A stretch of 59,567 bases of DNA, filler included, from Dirinaria sp. TL-2023a (taxonomy: Eukaryota), in the NCBI GenBank assembly GCA_051941275.1. It is 5 parts of 5 records of this genome, joined end to end, with 100 filler letters (N's around TTAATTAATTAA, not from the genome) between each part and the next. Parts side by side here need not be neighbours in the genome. Positions count along the whole stretch, not along the records: positions 1 to 11,848 come from JAVEBF010000811.1; positions 11,949 to 23,795 come from JAVEBF010000812.1; 3 more parts are not named here. One strand, 5' to 3'. Both the position numbers and the translations under genes were made by a program. Shown here in pieces: positions 1-13,140 of this stretch; position 1 is the first letter of the stretch; each line of letters starts with the position of its first letter. The notes under the pieces were generated by a model, which made no database searches, was not told where the DNA came from, and saw only the letters and a list, made by a program, of their open reading frames with translations.

Positions 1-1152
1 GGGTAATCTTCGACAAACCGTTTCATGTCGGCTATAGACTCGATGCTGGCATTGTTCTTGGATTTGGACTGGTACTGTTCGAGATAATCTCTAATGTTGC
101 CTCCGAGATCGCCGAAGTTCAGATACATATTTTTCTTGAAAAATGGGTCTTGGTCTTGTGAGAGAACGACCTCCTTCAATTCCGGCCTTATATCTGGCAC
201 TTCGCTCAGATCCACTCTGCCGTTTCTAATGCCAATGAGTTCGTGTACCATGGCTTGATATGTCCACTGTGTCAGCAGTGGTGTGATTGGGTCATCTCTG
301 CGGTCGAGAAGAAGAAGGATGGGAGGCGTGTCCGTTTTCCTGAAGTCAAAGAGTTGTTCTTCTTGCGTTATGTGATACCTTATTTCCGTAGCTAGCTTTT
401 TAGCCATCAAGCTATTTTTCTCATATCTTATGAGAGGCTTCTTCTTTAGCGACAATAGTAAAGCGATGACTCCTTCGGTGCATCGTTGAAGTGCGTCTGG
501 GTTCCATATATCCGGCATGCTGCCCCATAGCTTTTGTTTTGGAAAGCCAAGGTCCAGTGAGAAGAGGTCAGGGTTGACGGTGATGTAGTCGCCAAAAAAT
601 TCTTGAATCGACTTGACCACTTCGTTATCATCAGCTTCCGCCAACCGCTCAAGGGAGGATTTGCGTATGACATTGCTGAAGTCTGAGTTTGCGTGTCAGC
701 CGCTGCTGACTCGAAGCGATTGGAAGTACTTGCAGATGTAGTATTCCCCGTACCTGGGGTCCCGCAATTCCTCTATCAGGTTCTGTATCGAATCGGGCGA
801 AGGCCGGACAAAGCAAATGCAGCGCAGATGGCGCATCTTTTCGCGATTGGCATTATCAAGCCGGCTGTTATCATCCGCAATCAATTTCAATCCTCAGTGA
901 TACGCGCGAATAACTGACTCAATAAGGAAGACTTCATGGTTGAGGAGCGCGGACTGGGTTATGGCGGTGGAAACGATCGAGACCTGCACGAAGTCAGTCA
1001 ATACTCGACTGCACCTGGTTTTCCTAAAAGACTCGCACTGTCTCACTATCGAGCAATAGTATCTTCATCTTCGCGGAAGACGATCCTGTCGCCACATCCC
1101 CTACGGACACCATCTTTGAAATGTAGCCTGACACGGCTGATACAACGTCCAT
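1..1152 (-). CDS. VPS45: Sec1/Munc18-family vacuolar protein sorting protein 45 (multi-exon, 3' end runs off the window)
   Basis: Spliced translation MDVVSAVSGYISKMVSVG...KMKILLLDSET / LNHEVFLI / RLDNANREKMRHLRCICFVRPSPDSIQNLIEELRDPRYGEYY; downstream PILLLLDRRDDPITPLLTQWTYQAMVHELIGI; GT-AG introns. Confidence 0.93.
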
Positions 1153-2333
1153 GATTGCTAGAGGGCAGTCTCTTCATGTGAGATGACATTACTTGGCAGC
1201 AATGACGCTATGACGCCCCGCTCACATCTTTTATTCAAGAGGTGGTCCTCGTCATTCAAGATGAAGTGAAGGCTGCTTCAGCTATCAATAGGTATGTAGG
1301 GATGGACCTAGGTAGACACCACGTACTGTACGGCTTGGCGCTCCTCCACGGACCGAGGGACAGTCTTAACCTTGGAAAAACCCTAAATAAACCCCAGGAC
1401 GGCCCTCGCTCATTTCATCTCACCAATACAGATCTAGTAAATAAAATGCTCTAAATCTCACATTCATTTTCCACAGATATCATCGCTGATATTCCCACAT
1501 CAAAGCAGAATAAGCCGCCAAATGAGTGTCAGTTCCAGACCTTCCATCCTCTGCCATCAATGGATATTAACCTAGTCCAAAGACGCAAGGTCGCCTTCTT
1601 CCCTTCTGATCGGGGATCTCTCCAAAACTGGGAGAGACCCCCCTAAAAGCGCGCCATACAGCGTGTGCGTCGCTCCGAACGCTTTCTGACTCAGTCTCAC
1701 CACGCCGTAATTATATCTAGGCACACGCATTGGTTGCGCAGCGAAGATCGCGGCGTGGTCTAATTAAAACACTTCATGCTACTGCTTGAGGCTCTTCTAG
1801 GATGGAAAAATGCTGTATTATGATGTAGAGGTTAGGTTACGATGTAGGATTTTTCGCAGCCAAGAAAGCACACTGCGGCTCGCAGTCAAGTCATCCAAAG
1901 CCAGCTGAAACATGCAGACTGGGCATGCGCCGCCGCTCCAATGCCGCGAGCATATGTAGGGTACGAACGCTGACATACATTTGCCTCTAATTTACTTATC
2001 TTACTGTGACTGTGCCTTGCTGCGTGATGTATGTACGATTGTGGGACTTCGTATTTTCATGTCAGACGGTTCATGTCATGCTTACATACATGAACTCGCA
2101 GGACACCCGGAGAATGGACAGTAGCATTCCCTATCTACAAGTAGGTCAGCAAAATTCTTATTCTGATATTTTCACTCGTATATAGCTCTGAAAATTCTTA
2201 ACCATATCAAGACATCTCTATGTTTAATTCGTAACCATTCTCTATTAGACCCTGCCTTGGTTGCACATCCGACATCAAACCATCGCATCTACCAGACCAA
2301 TTTTTCAGGCGATATCTCGGTACTGCAGGGATT

Positions 2334-2546
2334 ATGCGTTTCCTCTATGCCACTACTCTGGTTGTCCTTCCCTTCGCTTGCGCAATGCCGATATCTTCTG
2401 TCGACCGTTCTTCGATGGGCTCCAGCCATGAAATAAACCAGAGAGAGAGCTTTCGGGATGGCGTGGACAGCTCCTATCAGTGCAATGACGGATCGATTCG
2501 GGCTTATGACCCGAGTCATGGCATACCATTCAGCAATTTCCCTTGA
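2334..2546 (+). CDS. Candidate small secreted protein (70 aa, signal-peptide-like N-terminus)
   Basis: MRFLYATTLVVLPFACA|MP resembles a signal peptide with an A-x-A cleavage site; TATA-like TATATAG about 150 bp upstream; no homolog recognised. Confidence 0.35.
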   Translation: MRFLYATTLVVLPFACAMPISSVDRSSMGSSHEINQRESFRDGVDSSYQCNDGSIRAYDPSHGIPFSNFP

Positions 2547-2990
2547 ATGTCGCTGGATCGACGACCTAGAACAAGTATCAAATCACGACAGCTACGAAAC
2601 CAAATCCAGAACAGGGGAGCCCGAGCATCGTCCAAGTATCAAGTCAATCACAATAGCCTGTTGGAACCGCATCGACTGCCTTGAAATTCTCGAAGCAACT
2701 CGTCATCGGGGCCCCAAAAACGCTGGGCGATACCGTTGTATTCAAAGAATGCATTTCTTTATTGATAAGAGTTCCCTACTGCTCTTTCATATATAATTAG
2801 CGCATCTGGATGTTAGCATATGCTTTATCTCGAGTTCTGCTCTCAAGCCTGCTGTCTTCCTAATTAGAGCTTCACGTCGAATACTTCGCGCCCCAAAAAG
2901 TACCTTCCCGTATTATTCAGAAGAAGCGGTTCCTTCCTAAGCGGAGTATTCTTACTTCGTTTACCCTCGAACCTTGAGACCCTGCCAAGA

Positions 2991-4526
2991 TTATATAGAA
3001 TCTATGGTCTGTGTAAAGTCTCTATCAACCCATACCGCTCCGCCAGGCACTTTGTTCCTTGCATCGCTTTGGGCTGGCAATTGCGCCATGACATATGCTT
3101 GGTGCTGGACTGGGTATTTCGTGGTCCCCCAGCGCTCAACATCGGCCAGCGAAGTCTCAGACTCCGTTTTGAAATGACGCTTCATGGATGAGGGGCGATG
3201 TACTCCGGACTTGGAACCGCGCGATCCTCCAGACAGTACGGAGCGTATGCTACGCAGAAGTGTTTCGGAGGACCACCCACGGAGAAGCGGCCGAAGCACT
3301 GGTAGACACACTGCAATTATACCGACGCCCATTTCGAGCATGGCCCAAAACATCTGGATACTAACAAGGCCTGAAGCACGTAAGCGGTGGAACTTTCACT
3401 AAGTCGAGCATGAGTGGGGATCACGGTTTTACCTATGTAATCTGTTGAGCGAGCATCGGATACACTTGCCTTCATTAATACTGCAAGGATTAGCTTGCGG
3501 TTGCCCACAATTGAAGGTTATACTTCTCACATGGACTGCCAAATAACTTAGCATATATCACCATGCGTGTTATACCGCAAGCAATTGCTCTACGAAGCAT
3601 TAGCTGGCGCGCACGACCGGAATGTCATCCATACATTGCCCCGATTAAAAAAGTCAGTGTCACTGTAATTTTGCGCCTTACAGGCATTTGCAATGTCCAG
3701 ATCTGAAATCTGTATTAGCAGCCAGTCTCAAAGATCGGCCGCAAGCAGGATGCTATCGTACCAAAGGAACAGGCAGCACCATGATCGACAAGTCGACGAA
3801 TACATCAAGTACCACCAGCGAAATCCAGATATGAAAGAGGCGTCTGCATTTCCGCGCCAGTACGCCAAGCGTAGAGAAGTACGCCCCTATTGATGTGCCG
3901 CATGCCGAAGGAAGGGCGACGACAAAGGTTACAGCCCACGCCAAGGTCATCCCAATCAGAGTCCAACTGGTAATGTCGAACACTTTGCCGCGGAATATTC
4001 GTCTATAGAAAAACAGGAGAGATAATTTTAATGTCGAGAGTGTGACGATATGAATGAGGTTGAAGGAAAACTCGAGCTGAAATAATATCCGATGCCAGCG
4101 GTTAGTAAAGTCTGATCAGAGATAGGTATGTGTTCTAACCACCTTTTGTAATGTCATCAGGTCTGCGCCATTGTAGGTTAATTCACCAATTCCCATGTTC
4201 GGGGGATCATGCTGGCCGACGGAGTTTGTAGCTGAGCCTGAAGTTGAGATTTAAGCGATCAAAGTAAAATCCATTCCTCAAAGCCTCTGACTTACCTATG
4301 ATCATGATACAACATTCAGCGACAACGAGCACCTAGAATACATTAACCCCCCACACTAGCCAGATACGACATGGTGCTTTACCAATGCTGGAATACATAG
4401 CCAGTCGTCAAGCCCAAATCCTGCCATTGATCGTCGAACGTTGAAACGGGCTATGACAACGGAGATGCTTAGGATGATGAGCACTATGCCGATTGCAAGT
4501 ACGCTTGATTTGTTCACATAGGTCAT
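2991..4526 (-). CDS. PTH11-like (fungal rhodopsin-domain) integral membrane protein without CFEM, multi-exon
   Basis: MTYVNKSSVLAIGIVLIILSISVVIARFNVRR..GLDDWL; KLSLLFFYRRIF; DVFVDLSIMVLPVPL/IWTLQMPVRRK; WAMLEMGVGIIAVCLPVLRPL are family hallmarks. Confidence 0.88.
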
Positions 4527-6315
4527 CTTTGTGCGGCAGTTTCTGGTGATAGACAAAAGGATTGGGGTTATCAAGGAAGATGACGAAGTATTAAAAATGG
4601 CAAATAGAATATTGTGGAAATCATAGGATGAAGGAAGCCATTAGGCACGGCAGGGTCGTACATTATGGACACCACTACGGCCGAGCTGCTTTGTGTGGCA
4701 AGGTGTATTTGCGAGGTCGGTAGGCTCTAGTAACGTAGAGAATTGACGATTTCGTCCAACGTGGATGTAACGAACGTCTGCGGACGCCGCAGACAGGCAT
4801 TATTTTGTTTTTTTATGCTTCAATCCGAATGTATTCGTACCGATCCTGCGGCCTCGCGATAACAACAAGGTGGCCGGCCAGTCAGCAACATTGAGGGCCC
4901 TGCAGCGCGAACGTCATAATGGTTTTCCGAGCTCATATTTAAATTGCGCCGAGAAAATTGCCTGGAGTGGCTGACAACAGAATTGCTGTTGTCGCGACGA
5001 GAAACAATGCCAATGGAAGATTTGATTGGTCGCATGAGGGGTGCATCGATGACAGTTCAGCTCTTGCTCACACGAGCTTATGTCAGAAGGAGGCGACAAG
5101 GCAGACCCCCCTTTCGCATACAATCCGTACGCGGGAGGAAGTGTATCTGAATATACTTACTATCTCTTTCTGACAAAGATAGTCCTTTAAAGTTCGAAAA
5201 CCCGCATTGAAGACATGGTTAAGACTCATAGAGGCCGATAGTGACCTGATGGCTCGGATTGAAATATAGGACAGAGAGAAAGGGACAAAGATCGTCATCG
5301 GGCTGGTTACATGCTGCGTGACATCTGTTGCTTCGCCTTTTCTCTTCATCCTAATCAGGCAAGTCTCGGGAAAGTCGCAATCCGCAGTTCAGAAAAAGAT
5401 AACGAAACGATATCCTTACTACGCGGTGTTGCATCTGACTGCTACCCTGGCTTCAGCTTTGCAAGCAAAAATTAACTTTTGAGTGACGATAGAGTAGCCC
5501 CTCTACGAGCTGGCCAACCACTGCCCGATACCCATATAGAGTCGGCCTGCATGTACATATTCTTTCTCTCCATACATGTACACGTATTCATCAGTTTCTG
5601 AACCGAACCACCACTTGTTGCATTCGGCGCTGGTGAGCGCCAGATGCAAGTGAACTATATCGGACGATGCTTGCATCGCATCATCGGAGGTGTGCCTCGA
5701 CCCTGCTATGCTGTCACGAATTGGCACACATTTAACATAGTTCCGAGCATGTAAGAATCAGACGTTTCTAGTCCTAGAATCGGCTCGTATATTTGTAAGC
5801 GCGTTTGAAAGCTTCTTTGGATCACAGCTTTCCTCACCAAAACCAGGTGGCAACTGCCAACGCTTCAAACCTCTGAGGCGCTGTTTCATGATTCTGTTTG
5901 ATTTCTGCCTTAGAGCATTTGATGTGACCCTGCATCATATCTTATTCAACACGAAAATCTGGCTGGTAGCCAAGGTTACTGGCTCTTTCGCGTAGCTTTT
6001 AAGGAGCTTCGCGCTCCCTTTTGTAATGATTGACTATTGCGCTTGTAGTGTGTAATAATTGACGATATTACAAGACTGCCTGAAGAGTATCATAAAGAGG
6101 TTAAAGCCTGTAATCAGGCGTGTCCGGTACTTGGAGTTTCCACTTCAGCACGGAGTGGGAAGGACATATTTAGGTCAGGCACAAGCATACAAAGTATTAA
6201 ATGCCAAGATATGCCAAGATTTCTATCGAGAGTCAATCACGGCTTCTCGGCCCGTGCACCTACCTACTTGTATGAAGTCGCTCGAACAAGTGTATGCTCG
6301 CAATCGCTCACTACC

Positions 6316-6737
6316 ATGGCGGACGCCCTTCTTGCCCAGGTGCAAGAGCTCTTTGAAGGTCAAATAGTAAGTTTGCCATCGCATGCACTCACTACGCAAT
6401 AACTCTCTCGTCGAATCCTAACTAATTCAAATGCCTCGCTAGGATTTCGAAGGCCAAAAGCAGACCGAGCAATTTACCACGATCATACTCTCTGCAACCG
6501 GGGTATGGTCTTTTCATTCCTCCATACTTCTGCTAGCTTTCTAAGTGTCTACAGGTTCTAGCTTTCATCATTGGATTCTTACAGCAAAATATATGGATCA
6601 CCCTATGGATAGGGCTGGGCGGTACATTGCTGGCTTTCCTCATGGTTGTCCCGCCGTTCCCCATGTATAGAGAGACACCCGAAAAATGGTTGCCGAAGGG
6701 GAGTGGAATGGTGGGTGGCGAGATTACAGTTGGATAG
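6316..6737 (+). CDS. SPC1: Signal peptidase complex subunit 1 (SPC12), 3 exons
   Basis: MADALLAQVQELFEGQI/DFEGQKQTEQFTTIILSATG/VLAFIIGFLQQNI...VVPPFPMYRETPEKWLP. Confidence 0.9.
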
Positions 6738-7028
6738 CCTAGGGGGTGAATGGGCGGTGCATGGGTAGGAGTCTGGTGTTACAATCCGGAAAGGAATTAC
6801 AAGACACTCGAGAAGCTTCTCCAGCTTCATAGCGGTAAGAGGAGCCGTGCAATCTACTGGGCGTGATGCGCTAGTACCGAGGATAATGTGGCTTCATTCT
6901 CGTACGGTCAAAGTCATCTATGGATTTTGGCATTTAATCTTGGAGCATCTGTCCTTCATAACTGATACATCGCCAGCTTTTAAGCCACGCTTCTATTAGA
7001 CGCCTAAAATGCATTTGTAAAGCTCTTA

Positions 7029-7564
<536 letters not shown>

Positions 7565-8401
7565 ACTACAATGATGGAGTGCTGGCGTGCTTGGGTCGTC
7601 TGTAACTTCTTTGTAGGATTAATGGCGTTAAGGTACCGTGGGATGGACTGTGGGTAGTAGTAGTGGGCAAGGAATGCTGAGGAGTGAGGTCCTTCCCCAG
7701 AGCGTGGATGTAATATTTATGGTTGAGGTGCTGGTGTTATCCCCACAGAGTGATACAGCTTATGATGACACTTTTTCTCAGCCTGATTCTTGCTGTAAGT
7801 ACTAGTGAAGCTCGGAAAGCCTTCTCACATGGTTCAAAAAAGTGACTGGGTGTCGGGTGAAGCACACTGGGTTAGTGAGTTTGCATCACCCCGCGTTGAG
7901 GGCCGGGCATTATTATTGCATTGAATCCCGAAACAGGCAAGCGCGCTCTAGGTAGCTCTCGGCGCCCCGCATTATTATTACCGTATTGTTGAAACGCCTC
8001 AACCGGTCTCACTCTTCCACCTTGAATTATTTATCACACTACTCTCTCAACAACATCATACATCACCATGAACAGCACTATAAATACTGCTCGAGTAACA
8101 CCCCCAACTTTTCCATGCAATTTTCTCCTCCCTCTTCAAGCACTCTACAGATCAACAGCTTCGCCCACACCGCCCTTGCCCGCTCTACCTTGAACAAAGC
8201 ACTGCCACCCCAACAGCTAAATCAGCCTGCTCAATCTCCCCGATCGGAAGATCAACCATCCTCGCCACCACTATCCACCTCTGCGCTGTTGAGTCACCTT
8301 GAACATCGTAACCTTTTCTTTTACTACTAGGCTCAATTTTTCTCAAGGGCCAGTTTAAAGGCACACATTGCAGCATTCTCTTTAGCGCAGGACGTTCAAA
8401 T

Positions 8402-9940
8402 ATGCCTCGTCGAAAAGGAGCGAGGCATCATTCTCAGGTAGCGGGCTCACTAAACGCTCAGGAATACCAGCTATCGAATCAACCTGATGGGATAGTCCCG
8501 CCGGGCGGAGACGTATCTCCTCACTGCAATGGCGGATTCAAAAACGCTCATCTTCCAGCCAGCGCTACTCCGCCAATCACACCTCAGAGACCTCGTTCAA
8601 TGTACGATTCTCCTTCTCTTTACGAAGGGTCTTTCAATGGTCAGCGCTCGGGAAACGTGTCAGCTACCGAAAGCGCTAGTTCGAAGCAAAGAAGGTCTAG
8701 CAAAGCTCATAACAAACGCCAGAGCGGTTCACATATGAATGCTCGTATGAATGGCAACTCGCAGACCAAAAAAGGGAATAACTATGAAAGCTTCCGCATT
8801 CCTAGCATAACTCCGTCCGAGGCTTACGCTGGACCTACTTTCCATGCATCACCTGCACCTTCGTCGTTGCCAATGCCAAAATTTTTCTCCAAATCGGTTC
8901 CGGATGTAAACAAAGCAAAGGGATTAGCTACTATGATGGCGAACGAGGCCGCCGAAAGTGACCTGTCGCCGGAAAGTAGTGAAGGCAGCCCCTCACAAGA
9001 GAAGGCCGAGCGTTCGAATCAGGAACTCCGAGAAGAGTCACCACTCGACATTTTCTTCAAAGCTGACCGAGAAGAAAAAGCAAGGGCACGTCAAGGCAGC
9101 TCGGAGAGCCCCTACTTACGAGAGACTCTCAATAGCCAAGCAGCCCGAACCTTGAGACCTGCAACAGGATCCCCTTCCCCAGTTCGGCATCACTCGCGGC
9201 ATGATACCGGCAGCTCTACGAATGGAATTTTCCCTCTGGAGTTGGAAGATGGGAACTCTGAAGGCCAGGCCAATTCTACAAATCAATCGGCTCGTCCCGG
9301 AGATATAAGCCGCGCCAGCAGTGCGCCCGTCGATGTTACGACCCAAACCGGAAGCGACGAAGCCTTGAAGCGTTATGCCAGCAGTCTGGCCTTGAAGAAA
9401 TTGCTCATGTCGCCGAAGCCTGAGCATCCTGATTCTCCTGTCTTGGTCTCTTCGGAAAACCCTGTCAAAGCAGGCAAAACGGCTAATGCATCTCCTACTC
9501 CGGAAGCTTCCGGCCCGTTTACACCCACGAAGATTCCAGGTCCTGACGTTCGTATTCTGAGCCGTAATCAACCGGCTACTTTACCTCAACTGCAAAAGCA
9601 ATTCGGCACTTCGCTCGCGCAGAATACTTCTCCTCGCCCTCGTCCTCCCTCGTCGAATCTTCGACAGCAATTATCCGCACCACAATCTCCAGTGCAGGAC
9701 GGTGTGCCCGAACTTCCCTCAACTCCGACACCTTCACGGGTCAACGGTGCTACCGAAAACCCCACTTCTCGAAATGTACATAATCCTCCGTTTTCTCCTC
9801 TACGATCTACGGCATTCTGGGGCGTCAATTCTCCTTCAGGAAATAGTACGACTGACGTTTCTTCCATGGAGAATGAATTACGACGAGTCTTGAAACTTGA
9901 TACCCTGGGCAGCGACGGCGCTAACGGAGTCCGATCGTAA
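8402..9940 (+). CDS. Disordered Ser/Pro-rich protein with an Edc1/PNRC2-type decapping-activator motif
   Basis: 512-aa single-exon ORF containing YAGPTFHASPAPSSLPMPKF (YAGxxF plus LPxP). Confidence 0.75.
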   Translation: MPRRKGARHHSQVAGSLNAQEYQLSNQPDGIVPPGGDVSPHCNGGFKNAHLPASATPPITPQRPRSMYDSPSLYEGSFNGQRSGNVSATESASSKQRRSSKAHNKRQSGSHMNARMNGNSQTKKGNNYESFRIPSITPSEAYAGPTFHASPAPSSLPMPKFFSKSVPDVNKAKGLATMMANEAAESDLSPESSEGSPSQEKAERSNQELREESPLDIFFKADREEKARARQGSSESPYLRETLNSQAARTLRPATGSPSPVRHHSRHDTGSSTNGIFPLELEDGNSEGQANSTNQSARPGDISRASSAPVDVTTQTGSDEALKRYASSLALKKLLMSPKPEHPDSPVLVSSENPVKAGKTANASPTPEASGPFTPTKIPGPDVRILSRNQPATLPQLQKQFGTSLAQNTSPRPRPPSSNLRQQLSAPQSPVQDGVPELPSTPTPSRVNGATENPTSRNVHNPPFSPLRSTAFWGVNSPSGNSTTDVSSMENELRRVLKLDTLGSDGANGVRS

Positions 9941-11239
9941 AACGACTAGCTCTGTATTTGTATCGGCGTTATCTGTGTGTTTATGAGCCCTGTGTTCGGC
10001 GCTCATATAGACGCATTTCCGGTATCTGGTGGAGCTTCTTTCCAGTATTTGTGTATTGGATCTTATCCTAGGCCTTTGGTTTCCTATGACTGATCCTTAT
10101 TATTAATTCGTTCTGTTTTACGTTATTCTGTAATTGACGGTTTGCCAAATGATGACAGCAAACCGCGCTCAGTATCACCCGAGCTCTAAGCCTCGACTTG
10201 GACCGCAATACTCTTACACTGGCGCTGCCGGTTCAATGGCATACAAGACGATGTTAATGTTACTTTCGCGCAAATGCAACCTTCATACCTCAACCTTTGA
10301 CCTCAAAATCCAAACGGCCCTCCTATACCAAGGCTGGCTGGGGAGAATTCCATATGTTCTATAAAACTCTAGGGCACAATACAGTAATAGTACTGTCACT
10401 CGGGCTTTCACTCCTTTGTCCGTTCCTGGCTGAAATAGCCACACACTACATCAATGCTAACCGCTTCTCTAACCGAGAAGTAAGTAACGGCATATCTACG
10501 CTAAAGTTTTTCTTGATTCGAAAAACATCCATGAGGGAGTCGAGAAACCTTGTCAGAAACTATCGTCTCACCACGTCCTACGGCTACAGCCAAAAACAGC
10601 ACGTTCTGCACAATACATTTCATTTGTTTCCACGTCACAAGCATGTTTAGCATAAGGAGGGATGAGTTCGCCGCTCAATCGATCAGTGGCAAGTTGGCAC
10701 ATCTGCCCAAAACCGTTTCATTTGTTTGAATAGTGGTCGAGATGAGGGAGAATTGGGAGGAGCAAGCACTATCACCTACACAATAGGGGCTCAAGAACGG
10801 TGCGGGAAATTCCTTGGAAGATATCCTACACGATCGAGTCAAGGTCCTGCTGCGGTAGCTAGATGGGTAGATAGAACACGAAATTTTCCTCCTTTGACCC
10901 TGAATATTTGCGTTGCCACTACGTGTTCAGAGTACGAATGAAGTTTCGAGTCTGGCTAAATCTGTAGTCACTGTCTAGAACGTTGAGTTTAATGGTCTAC
11001 CTAAGTTACTGAAGCCGCGAGAGGCGTAGTCTTGAAATATATAATGGCTTTGCATGCCTTGCAAAGACTTGTAAGTAAGCTGAGGTAGCTCTATATGCCC
11101 ATATTTCTTGCATTTCGTCATGATTGTTGGTGGTCACGTGCAACGTTTCTTTCTGTGATAGGGCTCGCAGCAGGCTCTGGATGCGAGCTGAGGGGATCGG
11201 AAGAAAGACGTAAGCTGGATATTGCTCAACTCGCCGCTT

Positions 11240-11848
11240 TCATCCCTCTACCCTTGCACGTCTTTCAGGCATATCCCTCTTTTCTTTCTGGGCCTTTCTC
11301 TTCGTTCTCTTCGCCATCGCCCTCTCCCTGCTCTTTTCGCCCATCCCCTCCCACTTCTCCTCCAGCATCTTCTTCTTCAGCTCGCCCTTCTTCAAGAAAA
11401 ACGGCCTCTTCCCCTCCTTCACCTTCTGCCTCTCCTCCTTCCGATGCTCCCTCACCACTTTCTGCTGCGCTTCCTTCCTTTCGTCCGCTTGCTTCCGACT
11501 CTCCATCCGCTTCAGCGCTGTCTGCAGTTTCTCTTTCTCCTCGGGGGGCAGCTTGGGAGCGCGCAGCGCGGTCTTGAGCTGTGCGATCTCGGACGCGTTG
11601 TACGATTTGAGGAAGGAGTAGGTCTGCTTGACCCGATTCGGGTCCAGAGGTCCCGTCAGCGGGTCGAAGCGGGGGTCGCGCGCGGGGATTGTGGTCGGGG
11701 TCGAGATCACGGACCGGTGTCGGCCGACGGCGTGTTTGGAGGATAGAGCTTGAGGAGCATGTTTGGAGGGACGAGACGGTTTGGAGGGGTCTCGTCGTGG
11801 TGGTCGCTTGTGGGGAGGGAGGTCGGGTTTTTCAGAGGGGGAGGAGGG
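11240..11848 (-). CDS. RRP36: rRNA biogenesis protein Rrp36 (5' part lost at the contig end)
   Basis: RDPRFDPLTG...YSFL...EERQKVKEGKRPFFLKKGELKK; basic coiled-coil C-terminus. Confidence 0.88.
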   Translation of the reverse strand, partial: PSSPSEKPDLPPHKRPPRRDPSKPSRPSKHAPQALSSKHAVGRHRSVISTPTTIPARDPRFDPLTGPLDPNRVKQTYSFLKSYNASEIAQLKTALRAPKLPPEEKEKLQTALKRMESRKQADERKEAQQKVVREHRKEERQKVKEGKRPFFLKKGELKKKMLEEKWEGMGEKSRERAMAKRTKRKAQKEKRDMPERRARVEG

Positions 11849-11948
11849 NNNNNNNNNNNNNNNNNNNNNNNNNNNNNNNNNNNNNNNNNNNNTTAATTAA
11901 TTAANNNNNNNNNNNNNNNNNNNNNNNNNNNNNNNNNNNNNNNNNNNN
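11849..11948. other. Artificial contig-joining linker (N44-TTAATTAATTAA-N44)
   Basis: Exactly 100 nt with a six-frame stop core; identical copies occur four times. Confidence 0.99.
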
Positions 11949-12211
11949 GGTGGTGGTGGTGGTGGTGGCTTCTTGTTCCAGGGCAGGCTTTCCCACGGGT
12001 ACGATGCGGGATCCGAATTCGACTCCGATCGTGACGTCGTGGTGCGCGATGAAGCGGCCTTCGCAGAGGCGGATTGTGAGCTGGGGAGAGGGTTGTTATT
12101 TCATGTTCGGTTCATTTCATGGGAAGGGGGAACTTCGTTTACACTGGATTTACCCGTGCCGCTGTCGCCGATGCAGACTAGCTTGGCGATATAATCCCAT
12201 GGTTGGGCCAT
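11949..12211 (-). CDS. RAB2: Rab2-like small GTPase, N-terminal part only (one intron, truncated by contig end)
   Basis: MAQPWDYIAKLVCIGDSGTGKSS / LTIRLCEGRFIAHHDVTIGVEFGSRIVPVG: P-loop plus the TIGVEFG effector motif. Confidence 0.85.
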
Positions 12212-13140
12212 CCTTCTTTCGACACTCGCACACGAGCGAGAATGGAGATTCGGGGCTCTGGGGATGAGCGTGGTAGCTAGGCTGTTGACGTCACAAAGGC
12301 CGGTATCGACGGACTTGGAAAGGCGTGCGTTGCGATACTGCGTAGAGGTACACGGGCGTCTGAGCTTCTGGTATGAAGCATGTTCTCGAGCTGGCTGGAC
12401 ACGAGTTGTGAATATCCAAAAGCCATGGAAGTCAGGGAATAGGTACCTACTTAAAGTACCTTAACAACCAAAAGACCAGCAGCCCAAATGAGGCGAAGCT
12501 TTACTTTAAAAGTAGCTTAGGTAAGATAATAAGACAAGCGCCAAGACCCCTCGAGCGCAGCTGCAGACGTTCCCGACGAAACAAGCTTTTTCGGCCCGAT
12601 GATTGGCCTTGATAAACTGGCCGCAACTCCGACTCCGCAGTCCGAGAGTCTCACCAGGTCCAGTCTTGGCATCCAAAGAAGACAGCAATCTGCCCCCAGC
12701 TCGGTTGGGAGCTCTCCCCGGGTTGCCGCTTTTAGTGAGCGAGCTGGGTGACCAGGGCTGATCTGGCACCCCATCACGGTGATCAGCACCTTAGTTCGGG
12801 GTGAGCAAGGCTATCCGTCACTTTGTCGTATATACACTATATTGTGAGATTTGGATGAGGAAGGCACTTGTATGTGTATTGCTCTATGCTTCTCTATTTC
12901 CAAAGGAAGAACTTTTGTGGGTAGTAGATACCCGAGGTCTGCTGACTAAGCAACAGTCTAACCACTTTTGTCAAACCATCCGCAATTTTTTGTTAGTGGT
13001 GGAGAGCTTTATGCCTTACATATATTTACACTCTCTATAACCAAGTCACTTGTTACGTTCCTTGATGCCAGATTAGTAGGTAGTAGGCCAACAAGTCAAT
13101 GGCACGTATTTTATATGTGTATGTAGCATGTATTGTCTAA

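Noticed and set aside
1612..1758. Two short GC-rich inverted repeats as a structured ncRNA
   Set aside because: Stems of 9-11 bp with no family motif are compatible with chance or promoter palindromes.
4776..4794. GTCTGCGG-ACG-CCGCAGAC hairpin near a T-run as an intrinsic terminator
   Set aside because: The context is eukaryotic; at most a CGG-N3-CCG Zn2Cys6-type site, which cannot be supported further.
7762..7786. ATGATGA...CTGA as a box C/D snoRNA
   Set aside because: The boxes are too close together, there is no terminal D box or stem, and no rRNA guide was recognised.
10781..10793. CAATAGGGGCTCA resembling RNase MRP CR-V
   Set aside because: No upstream GAAAGTCCCC-type CR-I partner for helix P4.
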